From positions 20,708,001 to 20,772,000 of the forward strand of contig OZ059898.1 in the NCBI GenBank assembly GCA_964057225.1: DNA of 64,000 nucleotides. Reading direction: 5' to 3'. Below are positions 44,001-56,800 of the stretch, in pieces. Origin of the DNA: Auanema rhodensis. Lineage: Eukaryota > Animalia > Nematoda. How positions within the stretch are numbered: the first letter of the stretch is position 1; the number at the start of each line of letters is the position of its first letter. The notes under the pieces are model-generated. The model was given only the letters and a program-made list of their open reading frames with translations. It was not told where the DNA came from and ran no database searches. The translations under genes and the position numbers were made by a program.

Positions 44001-47000
44001 CATGGTCACCATGACTTTGAAATTCACGTGAACTTTAATTTATGCTAATTAAATGTACACGTGATGTGCACTTGGTATGTAACTCGCTTCACGTGAAAGA
44101 TAAAGAGATGCGGTTTTCAAAATTAGATTCCCCATGTCCATATTAGTCTAAAAACAAATTTTTATTGATATTGGTGCATGGTAACCATGACTTTGAAATT
44201 TACGTGAACTTTAATTTATGCTAATTAAATGTACACGTGATGTGCACTTGGTATGTAACTCGCTTCACGTGAAAGATAAAGAGATGCGGTTTTTAAAATT
44301 AGATTCCCCATGTCCATATTAGTCTAAAAACAAATTTTTATTGATATTGGTGCATGGTAACCATGACTTTGAAATTTACGTGAACTTTAATTTATGCTAA
44401 TTAAATGTACACGTGATGTGCACTTGGTATGTAACTCGTTTCACGTGAAAGATAAAGAGATGCGGTTTTCAAAATTAGATTCCCCATGTCCATATTAGTC
44501 TAAAAACAAATTTTTATTGATATTGGTTCATGGTAACCATGACTTTGAAATTTACGTGAACTTTAATTTATGCTAATTAAATGTACACGTGATGTGCACT
44601 TGGTATGTAACTCGCTTCACGTGAAAGATAAAGAGATGCGGTTTTTAAAATTAGATTCCCCATGTCCATATTAGTCTAAAAACAAATTGTTATTGATATT
44701 GGTGCATGGTAACCATGACTTTGAAATTTACGTGAACTTTAATTTATGCTAATTAAATTTACACGTGATGTGCACTTGGTATGTATCTCGCTTCACGTAA
44801 AAGATAAAGAGATGCGGTTTTCAAAATTAGATTTCCCATGTCCATATTAGTCTAAAAACAAACTTTTATTGATATTGGTTCATGGTAACCATGACTTTGA
44901 AATTTACGTGAACTTTAATTTATGCTAATTAAATGTACACGTGATGTGCACTTGGTATGTAACTCGCTTCACGTGAAAGATAAAGAGATGCGGTTTTCAA
45001 AATTAGATTCCCCATGTCCATATTAGTCTAATTACAAATTTTTATTGATATTGGTTCATGGTAACCATGACTTTGAAATTTACGTGAACTTTAATTTATG
45101 CTAATTAAATGTACACGTGATGTGCACTTGGTATGTAACTCGCTTCACGTGAAAGGTAAAGAGATGCGGTTTTCAAAATTAGATTCCCCATGTCCATATT
45201 AGTCTTAAAACAAATTTTTATTGATATTGGTTCATGGTAACCATGACTTTGAAATTTACGTGAACTTTAATTTCTGCTAATTAAATGTACACGTGATGTG
45301 CACTTGGTATGTAACTCGCTTCACGTGAAAGATAAAGAGATGCGGTTTTCGAAATTAGATTCCCCATGTCCATATTAGTCTAAAAACAAATTTTTATTGA
45401 TATTGGTTCATGGTAACCATGACTTTGAAATTTACGTGAACTTTAATTTATGCTAATTAAATGTACACGTGATGTGCACTTGGTATGTAACTCGCTTCAC
45501 GTAAAAGATAAAGAGATGCGGTTCTCAAAATTAGATTCCCCATGTCCATATTAGTCTAAAAACAAATTTTTATTGATATTGGTTCATGGTCACCATGACT
45601 TTGAAATTTACGTGAACTTTAATTTATGCTAATTAAATGTACACGTGATGTGCACTTGGTATGTAACTCGCTTCACGTAAAAGATAAAGAGATGCGGTTC
45701 TCAAAATTAGATTCCCCATGTCCATATTAGTCTAAAAACAAATTTTTATTGATATTGGTTCATGGTCACCATGACTTTGAAATTTACGTGAACTTTAATT
45801 TATGCTAATTAAATGTACACGTGATGTGCACTTGGTATGTAACTCGCTTCACGTAAAAGATAAAGAGATGCGGTTTTCAAAATTAGATTTCCCATGTCCA
45901 TATTAGTCTAAAAACAAATTTTTATTGATATTGGTTCATGGTAACCATGACTTTGAAATTTACGTGAACTTTAATTTATACTAATTAAATGTACACGTGA
46001 TGTGCACTTGGTATGTAACTCGCTTCACGTAAAAGATAAAGAGATGCGGTTTTCAAAATTAGATTTCCCATGTCCATATTAGTCTAAAAACAAATTTTTA
46101 TTGATATTGGTTCATGGTAACCATGACTTTGAAATTTACGTGAACTTTAATTTATGCTAATTAAATGTACACGTCATGTGCACTTGGTATGTAACTCGCT
46201 TCACGTGAAAGAAAAAGAGATGCGGTTTTCAAAATTAGTTTCCCCATGTCCATATTAGTCTAAAAACAAATGTTTATCGATATTGGTGCATGGTAACCAT
46301 GACTTTGAAATTTACGTGAACTTTAATTTATGCTAATTAAATGTACACGTGATGTGCACTTGGTATGTAACTCGCTTCACGTGAAAGATAAAGAGATGCG
46401 GTTTTCAAAATTAGATTCCCCATGTCCATATTAGTCTAAAAACAAATTTTTATTGATATTGGTTCATGGTAACCATGACTTTGAAATTTACGTGAACTTT
46501 AATTTATGCTAATTAAATGTACACGTCATGTGCACTTGGTATGTAACTCGCTTCACGTAAAAGATAAAGAGATGCGGTTTTCAAAATTAGATTCCCCATG
46601 TACATGTTAGTCTAAAAACAAATTTTTACTGATATTGGTTCATGGTAACCATGACTTTGAAATTTACGTGAACTTTAATTTCTGCTAATTAAATGTACAC
46701 GTGATGTGCACTTGGTATGTAACTCGCTTCACGTGAAAGATAAAGAGATGCGGTTTTCGAAATTAGATTCCCCATGTCCATATTAGTCTAAAAACAAATT
46801 TTTATTGATATTGGTTCATGGTAACCATGACTTTGAAATTTACGTGAACTTTAATTTATGCTAATTAAATGTACACGTGATGTGCACTTGGTATGTAACT
46901 CGCTTCACGTAAAAGATAAAGAGATGCGGTTCTCAAAATTAGATTCCCCATGTCCATATTAGTCTAAAAACAAATTTTTATTGATATTGGTTCATGGTCA

Positions 47001-47881
47001 CCATGACTTTGAAATTTACGTGAACTTTAATTTATGCTAATTAAATGTACACGTGATGTGCACTTGGTATGTAACTCGCTTCACGTAAAAGATAAAGAGA
47101 TGCGGTTTTCAAAATTAGATTTCCCATGTCCATATTAGTCTAAAAACAAATTTTTATTGATATTGGTTCATGGTAACCATGACTTTGAAATTTACGTGAA
47201 CTTTAATTTATACTAATTAAATGTACACGTGATGTGCACTTGGTATGTAACTCGCTTCACGTAAAAGATAAAGAGATGCGGTTTTCAAAATTAGATTTCC
47301 CATGTCCATATTAGTCTAAAAACAAATTTTTATTGATATTGGTTCATGGTAACCATGACTTTGAAATTTACGTGAACTTTAATTTATGCTAATTAAATGT
47401 ACACGTCATGTGCACTTGGTATGTAACTCGCTTCACGTAAAAGATAAAGAGATGCGGTTCTCAAAATTAGATTCCCCATGTCCATATTAGTCTAAAAACA
47501 AATTTTTATTGATATTGGTTCATGGTCACCATGACTTTGAAATTTACGTGAACTTTAATTTATGCTAATTAAATGTACACGTGATGTGCACTTGGTATGT
47601 AACTCGCTTCACGTAAAAGATAAAGAGATGCGGTTTTCAAAATTAGATTTCCCATGTCCATATTAGTCTAAAAACAAATTTTTATTGATATTGGTTCATG
47701 GTAACCATGACTTTGAAATTTACGTGAACTTTAATTTATACTAATTAAATGTACACGTGATGTGCACTTGGTATGTAACTCGCTTCACGTAAAAGATAAA
47801 GAGATGCGGTTTTCAAAATTAGATTTCCCATGTCCATATTAGTCTAAAAACAAATTTTTATTGATATTGGTTCATGGTAAC
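32047..47881. repeat. Variant domain 3 (most heterogeneous; markers G54C, ggtcacc, gtacatgt, aattaca, atcgat, accttaact)
   Basis: New marker set starts in the monomer at 32047 (first acacgtcat). There are more private substitutions per monomer, especially at 37-45 kb. The right boundary is gradual. Confidence 0.75.
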
Positions 47882-50800
47882 CATGACTTTGAAATTTACG
47901 TGAACTTTAATTTATGCTAATTAAATGTACACGTCATGTGCACTTGGTATGTAACTCGCTTCACGTGAAAGAAAAAGAGATGCGGTTTTCAAAATTAGTT
48001 TCCCCATGTCCATATTAGTCTAAAAACAAATGTTTATCGATATTGGTGCATGGTAACCATGACTTTGAAATTTACGTGAACTTTAATTTATGCTAATTAA
48101 ATGTACACGTGATGTGCACTTGGTATGTAACTCGCTTCACGTGAAAGATAAAGAGATGCGGTTTTCAAAATTAGATTCCCCATGTCCATATTAGTCTAAA
48201 AACAAATTTTTATTGATATTGGTTCATGGTAACCATGACTTTGAAATTTACGTGAACTTTAATTTATGCTAATTAAATGTACACGTCATGTGCACTTGGT
48301 ATGTAACTCGCTTCACGTAAAAGATAAAGAGATGCGGTTTTCAAAATTAGATTCCCCATGTCCATATTAGTCTTAAAACAAATGTTTATCGATATTGGTT
48401 CATGGTCACCATGACTTTGAAATTTACGTGAACTTTAATTTATGCTAATTAAATGTACACGTCATGTGCACTTGGTATGTAACTCGCTTCACGTGAAAGA
48501 TAAAGAGATGCGGTTTTCAAAATTAGATTCCCCATGTCCATATTAGTCTAAAAACAAATTTTTATTGATATTGGTTCATGGTAACCATGACTTTGAAATT
48601 TACGTGAACTTTAATTTATGCTAATTAAATGTACACGTGATGTGCACTTGGTATGCAACTCGCTTCACGTGAAAGATAAAGAGATGCGGTTTTCAAAATT
48701 AGATTCCCCATGTCCATATTAGTCTAAAAACAAATTTTTATTGATATTGGTTCATGGTAACCATGACTTTGAAATTTACGTGAACTTTAATTTATGCTAA
48801 TTAAATGTACACGTCATGTGCACTTGGTATGTAACTCGCTTCACGTGAAAGATAAAGAGATGCGGTTTTTAAAATTAGATTCCCCATGTCCATATTAGTC
48901 TAAAAACAAATTTTTATTGATATTGGTGCATGGTAACCATGACTTTGAAATTTACGTGAACTTTAATTTATGCTAATTAAATGTACACGTGATGTGCACT
49001 TGGTATGTAACTCGTTTCACGTGAAAGATAAAGAGATGCGGTTTTCAAAATTAGATTCCCCATGTCCATATTAGTCTAAAAACAAATTTTTATTGATATT
49101 GGTTCATGGTAACCATGACTTTGAAATTTACGTGAACTTTAATTTATGCTAATTAAATGTACACGTGATGTGCACTTGGTATGTAACTCGCTTCACGTGA
49201 AAGATAAAGAGATGCGGTTTTCAAAATTAGATTCCCTATGTCCATATTAGTCTAAAAACAAATTGTTATTGATATTGGTGCATGGTAACCATGACTTTGA
49301 AATTTACGTGAACTTTAATTTATGCTAATTAAATGTACACGTGATGTGCACTTGGTATGTAACTCGCTTCACGTAAAAGACAAAGAGATGCGGTTTTCAA
49401 AATTAGATTTCCCATGTCCATATTAGTCTAAAAACAAATTTTTATTGATATTGGTTCATGGTAACCATGACTTTGAAATTTACGTGAACTTTAATTTATG
49501 CTAATTAAATGTACACGTGATGTGCACTTGGTATGTAACTCGCTTCACGTGAAAGATAAAGAGATGCGGTTTTCGAAATTAGATTTCCCATGTCCATATT
49601 AGTCTAAAAACAAATTTTTATTGATATTGGTTCATGGTAACCATGACTTTGAAATTTACGTGAACTTTAATTTATGCTAATTAAATGTACACGTGATGTG
49701 CACTTGGTATGTAACTCGCTTCACGTGAAAGATAAAGAGATGCGATTTTCAAAATTAGATTCCCCATGTCCATTTTAGTCTAAAAACAAATTTTTATTGA
49801 TATTGGTTCATGGTAACCATGACTTTGAAATTTACGTGAACTTTAATTTATGCTAATTAAATGTACACGTGATGTGCACTTGGTATGTAACTCGCTTCAC
49901 GTGAAAGATAAAGAGATGCGGTTTTCAAAATTAGATTCCCCATGTCCATATTAGTCTAAAAACAAATTTTTATTGATATTGGTTCATGGTAACCATGACT
50001 TTGAAATTTACGTGAACTTTAATTTATGCTAATTAAATGTACACGTGATGTGCACTTGGTATGTAACTCGCTTCACGTGAAAGATAAAGAGATGCGGTTT
50101 TCAAAATTAGATTCCCCATGTCCATATTAGTTAAAAACAAATTTTTATTGATATTGGTGCATGGTAACCATGACTTTGAAATTTACGTGAACTTTAATTT
50201 ATGCTAATTAAATGTACACGTGATGTGCACTTGGTATGTAACTCGCTTCACGTGAAAGATAAAGAGATGCGGTTTTCAAAATTAGATTCCCCATGTCCAT
50301 ATTAGTCTAAAAACAAATTTTTATTGATATTGGTGCATGGTAACCATGACTTTGAAATTTACGTGAACTTTAATTTATGCTAATTAAATGTACACGTGAT
50401 GTGCACTTGGTATGTAACTCGCTTCACGTGAAAGATAAAGAGATGCGGTTTTCAAAATTAGATTCCCCATGTCCATATTAGTCTAAAAACAAATTTTTAT
50501 TGATATTGGTTCATGGTAACCATGACTTTGAAATTTACGTGAACTTTAATTTATGCTAATTAAATGTACACGTCATGTGCACTTGGTATGTAACTCGCTT
50601 CACGTGAAAGATAAAGAGATGCGGTTTTTAAAATTAGATTCCCCATGTCCATATTAGTCTAAAAACAAATTTTTATTGATATTGGTGCATGGTAACCATG
50701 ACTTTGAAATTTACGTGAACTTTAATTTATGCTAATTAAATGTACACGTGATGTGCACTTGGTATGTAACTCGTTTCACGTGAAAGATAAAGAGATGCGG

Positions 50801-53800
50801 TTTTCAAAATTAGATTCCCCATGTCCATATTAGTCTAAAAACAAATTTTTATTGATATTGGTTCATGGTAACCATGACTTTGAAATTTACGTGAACTTTA
50901 ATTTATGCTAATTAAATGTACACGTGATGTGCACTTGGTATGTAACTCGCTTCACGTGAAAGATAAAGAGATGCGGTTTTCAAAATTAGATTCCCTATGT
51001 CCATATTAGTCTAAAAACAAATTGTTATTGATATTGGTGCATGGTAACCATGACTTTGAAATTTACGTGAACTTTAATTTATGCTAATTAAATGTACACG
51101 TGATGTGCACTTGGTATGTAACTCGCTTCACGTAAAAGACAAAGAGATGCGGTTTTCAAAATTAGATTTCCCATGTCCATATTAGTCTAAAAACAAATTT
51201 TTATTGATATTGGTTCATGGTAACCATGACTTTGAAATTTACGTGAACTTTAATTTATGCTAATTAAATGTACACGTGATGTGCACTTGGTATGTAACTC
51301 GCTTCACGTGAAAGATAAAGAGATGCGGTTTTCGAAATTAGATTTCCCATGTCCATATTAGTCTAAAAACAAATTTTTATTGATATTGGTTCATGGTAAC
51401 CATGACTTTGAAATTTACGTGAACTTTAATTTATGCTAATTAAATGTACACGTGATGTGCACTTGGTATGTAACTCGCTTCACGTGAAAGATAAAGAGAT
51501 GCGATTTTCAAAATTAGATTCCCCATGTCCATTTTAGTCTAAAAACAAATTTTTATTGATATTGGTTCATGGTAACCATGACTTTGAAATTTACGTGAAC
51601 TTTAATTTATGCTAATTAAATGTACACGTGATGTGCACTTGGTATGTAACTCGCTTCACGTGAAAGATAAAGAGATGCGGTTTTCAAAATTAGATTCCCC
51701 ATGTCCATATTAGTCTAAAAACAAATTTTTATTGATATTGGTTCATGGTAACCATGACTTTGAAATTTACGTGAACTTTAATTTATGCTAATTAAATGTA
51801 CACGTGATGTGCACTTGGTATGTAACTCGCTTCACGTGAAAGATAAAGAGATGCGGTTTTCAAAATTAGATTCCCCATGTCCATATTAGTCTAAAAACAA
51901 ATTTTTATTGATATTGGTTCATGGTAACCATGACTTTGAAATTTACGTGAACTTTAATTTATGCTAATTAAATGTACACGTGATGTGCACTTGGTATGTA
52001 ACTCGCTTCACGTGAAAGATAAAGAGATGCGGTTTTCAAAATTAGATTCCCCATGTCCATATTAGTCTAAAAACAAATTTTTATTGATATTGGTTCATGG
52101 TAACCATGACTTTGAAATTTACGTGAACTTTAATTTATGCTAATTAAATGTACACGTGATGTGCACTTGGTATGTAACTCGCTTCACGTGAAAGATAAAG
52201 AGATGCGGTTTTCAAAATTAGATTCCCCATGTCCATATTAGTCTAAAAACAAATTTTTATTGATGTTGGTTCATGGTAACCATGACTTTGAAATTTACGT
52301 GAACTTTAATTTATGCTAATTAAATGTACACGTGATGTGCACTTGGTATGTAACTCGCTTCACGTGAAAGATAAAGAGATGCGGTTTTCAAAATTAGATT
52401 CCCCATGTCCATATTAGTCTAAAAACAAATTTTTATTGATATTGGTTCATGGTAACCATGACTTTGAAATTTACGTGAACTTTAATTTATGCTAATTAAA
52501 TGTACACGTGATGTGCACTTGGTATGTAACTCGCTTCACGTGAAAGATAAAGAGATGCGGTTTTTAAAATTAGATTCCCCATGTCCATATTAGTCTAAAA
52601 ACAAATTTTTATTGATATTGGTGCATGGTAACCATGACTTTGAAATTTACGTGAACTTTAATTTATGCTAATTAAATGTACACGTGATGTGCACTTGGTA
52701 TGTAACTCGCTTCACGTGAAAGATAAAGAGATGCGGTTTTCAAAATTAGATTCCCCATGTCCATATTAGTCTAAAAACAAATTTTTATTGATATTGGTTC
52801 ATGGTAACCATGACTTTGAAATTTACGTGAACTTTAATTTATGCTAATTAAATGTACACGTGATGTGCACTTGGTATGTAACTAGCTTCACGTAAAAGAT
52901 AAAGAGATGCGGTTTTCAAAATTAGATTTCCCATGTCCATATTAGTCTAAAAACAAATTTTCATTGATACTGGTTCATGGTAACCATGACTTTGAAATTT
53001 ACGTGAACTTTAATTTATGCTAATTAAATGTACACGTGATGTGCACTTGGTATGTAACTCGCTTCACGTGAAAGATAAAGAGATGCGGTTTTCAAAATCA
53101 GATTCCCCATGTCCATATTAGTCTAAAAACAAATTTTTATTGATATTGGTTCATGGTAACCATGACTTTGAAATTTACGTGAACTTTAATTTATGCTAAT
53201 TAAATGTACACGTCATGTGCACTTGGTATGTAACTCGCTTCACGTGAAAGATAAAGAGATGCGGTTTTTAAAATTAGATTCCCCATGTCCATATTAGTCT
53301 AAAAACAAATTTTTATTGATATTGGTGCATGGTAACCATGACTTTGAAATTTACGTGAACTTTAATTTATGCTAATTAAATGTACACGTGATGTGCACTT
53401 GGTATGTAACTCGCTTCACGTGAAAGATAAAGAGATGCGGTTTTCAAAATTAGATTTCCCATGTCCATATTAGTCTAAAAACAAATTTTTATTGATACTG
53501 GTTCATGGTAACCATGACTTTGAAATTTACGTGAACTTTAATTTATGCTAATTAAATGTACACGTGATGTGCACTTGGTATGTAACTCGCTTCACGTGAA
53601 AGATAAAGAGATGCGGTTTTCAAAATCAGATTCCCCATGTCCATATTAGTCTAAAAACAAATTTTTATTGATATTGGTGCATGGTAACCATGACTTTGAA
53701 ATTTACGTGAACTTTAATTTATGCTAATTAAATGTACACGTGATGTGCACTTGGTATGTAACTCGTTTCACGTGAAAGATAAAGAGATGCGGTTTTCAAA

Positions 53801-56800
53801 ATTAGATTTCCCATGTCCATATTAGTCTAAAAACAAATTTTCATTGATACTGGTTCATGGTAACCATGACTTTGAAATTTACGTGAACTTTAATTTATGC
53901 TAATTAAATGTACACGTGATGTGCACTTGGTATGTAACTCGCTTCACGTGAAAGATAAAGAGATGCGGTTTTCAAAATCAGATTCCCCATGTCCATATTA
54001 GTCTAAAAACAAATTTTTATTGATATTGGTTCATGGTAACCATGACTTTGAAATTTACGTGAACTTTAATTTATGCTAATTAAATGTACACGTCATGTGC
54101 ACTTGGTATGTAACTCGCTTCACGTGAAAGATAAAGAGATGCGGTTTTTAAAATTAGATTCCCCATGTCCATATTAGTCTAAAAACAAATTTTTATTGAT
54201 ATTGGTGAATGGTAACCATGACTTTGAAAATTACGTGAACTTTAATTTATGCTAATTAAATGTACACGTGATGTGCACTTGGTATGTAACTCGCTTCACG
54301 TGAAAGATAAAGAGATGCGGTTTTCAAAATTAGATTTCCCATGTCCATATTAGTCTAAAAACAAATTTTTATTGATACTGGTTCATGGTAACCATGACTT
54401 TGAAATTTACGTGAACTTTAATTTATGCTAATTAAATGTACACGTGATGTGCACTTGGTATGTAACTCGCTTCACGTGAAAGATAAAGAGATGCGGTTTT
54501 CAAAATCAGATTCCCCATGTCCATATTAGTCTAAAAACAAATTTTTATTGATATTGGTGCATGGTAACCATGACTTTGAAATTTACGTGAACTTTAATTT
54601 ATGCTAATTAAATGTACACGTGATGTGCACTTGGTATGTAACTCGTTTCACGTGAAAGATAAAGAGATGCGGTTTTCAAAATTAGATTCCCCATGTCCAT
54701 ATTAGTCTATAAACAAATTTTTATTGATATTGGTTCATGGTAACCATGACTTTGAAATTTACGTGAACTTTAATTTATGCTAATTAAATGTACACGTGAT
54801 GTGCACTTGGTATGTAACTCGCTTCACGTGAAAGATAAAGAGATGCGGTTTTCAAAATCAGATTCCCCATGTCCATATTAGTCTAAAAACAAATTTTGAT
54901 TGATATTGGTGCATGGTAACCATGACTTTGAAATTTACGTGAACTTTAATTTATGCTAATTAAATGTACACGTGATGTGCACTTGGTATGTAACTCGTTT
55001 CACGTGAAAGATAAAGAGATGCGGTTTTCAAAATTAGATTCCCCATGTCCATATTAGTCTATAAACAAATTTTTATTGATATTGGTTCATGGTAACCATG
55101 ACTTTGAAATTTACGTGAACTTTAATTTATGCTAATTAAATGTACACGTGATGTGCACTTGGTATGTAACTCGCTTCACGTGAAAGATAAAGAGATGCGG
55201 TTTTCAAAATCAGATTCCCCATGTCCATATTAGTCTAAAAACAAATTTTTATTGATATTGGTGCATGGTAACCATGACTTTGAAATTTACGTGAACTTTA
55301 ATTTATGCTAATTAAATGTACACGTGATGTGCACTTGGTATGTAACTCGTTTCACGTGAAAGATAAAGAGATGCGGTTTTCAAAATTAGATTTCCCATGT
55401 CCATATTAGTCTAAAAACAAATTTTCATTGATACTGGTTCATGGTAACCATGACTTTGAAATTTACGTGAACTTTAATTTATGCTAATTAAATGTACACG
55501 TGATGTGCACTTGGTATGTAACTCGCTTCACGTGAAAGATAAAGAGATGCGGTTTTCAAAATCAGATTCCCCATGTCCATATTAGTCTAAAAACAAATTT
55601 TTATTGATATTGGTTCATGGTAACCATGACTTTGAAATTTACGTGAACTTTAATTTATGCTAATTAAATGTACACGTCATGTGCACTTGGTATGTAACTC
55701 GCTTCACGTGAAAGATAAAGAGATGCGGTTTTTAAAATTAGATTCCCCATGTCCATATTAGTCTGAAAACAAATTTTTATTGATATTGGTGCATGGTAAC
55801 CATGACTTTGAAATTTACGTGAACTTTAATTTATGCTAATTAAATGTACACGTGATGTGCACTTGGTATGTAACTCGCTTCACGTGAAAGATAAAGAGAT
55901 GCGGTTTTCAAAATTAGATTTCCCATGTCCATATTAGTCTAAAAACAAATTTTTATTGATACTGGTTCATGGTAACCATGACTTTGAAATTTACGTGAAC
56001 TTTAATTTATGCTAATTAAATGTACACGTGATGTGCACTTGGTATGTAACTCGCTTCACGTGAAAGATAAAGAGATGCGGTTTTCAAAATCAGATTCCCC
56101 ATGTCCATATTAGTCTAAAAACAAATTTTTATTGATATTGGTGCATGGTAACCATGACTTTGAAATTTACGTGAACTTTAATTTATGCTAATTAAATGTA
56201 CACGTGATGTGCACTTGGTATGTAACTCGTTTCACGTGAAAGATAAAGAGATGCGGTTTTCAAAATTAGATTCCCCATGTCCATATTAGTCTATAAACAA
56301 ATTTTTATTGATATTGGTTCATGGTAACCATGACTTTGAAATTTACGTGAACTTTAATTTATGCTAATTAAATGTACACCTGATGTGCACTTGGTATGTA
56401 ACTCGCTTCACGTGAAAGATAAAGAGATGCGGTTTTCAAAATCAGATTCCCCATGTCCATATTAGTCTAAAAACAAATTTTGATTGATATTGGTTCATGG
56501 TAACCATGACTTTGAAATTTACGTGAACTTTAATTTATGCTAATTAAATGTACACGTCATGTGCACTTGGTATGTAACTCGCTTCACGTGAAAGATAAAG
56601 AGATGCGGTTTTTAAAATTAGATTCCCCATGTCCATATTAGTCTAAAAACAAATTTTTATTGATATTGGTGCATGGTAACCATGACTTTGAAATTTACGT
56701 GAACTTTAATTTATGCTAATTAAATGTACACGTGATGTGCACTTGGTATGTAACTCGCTTCACGTAAAAGATAAAGAGATGCGGTTCTCAAAATTAGATT

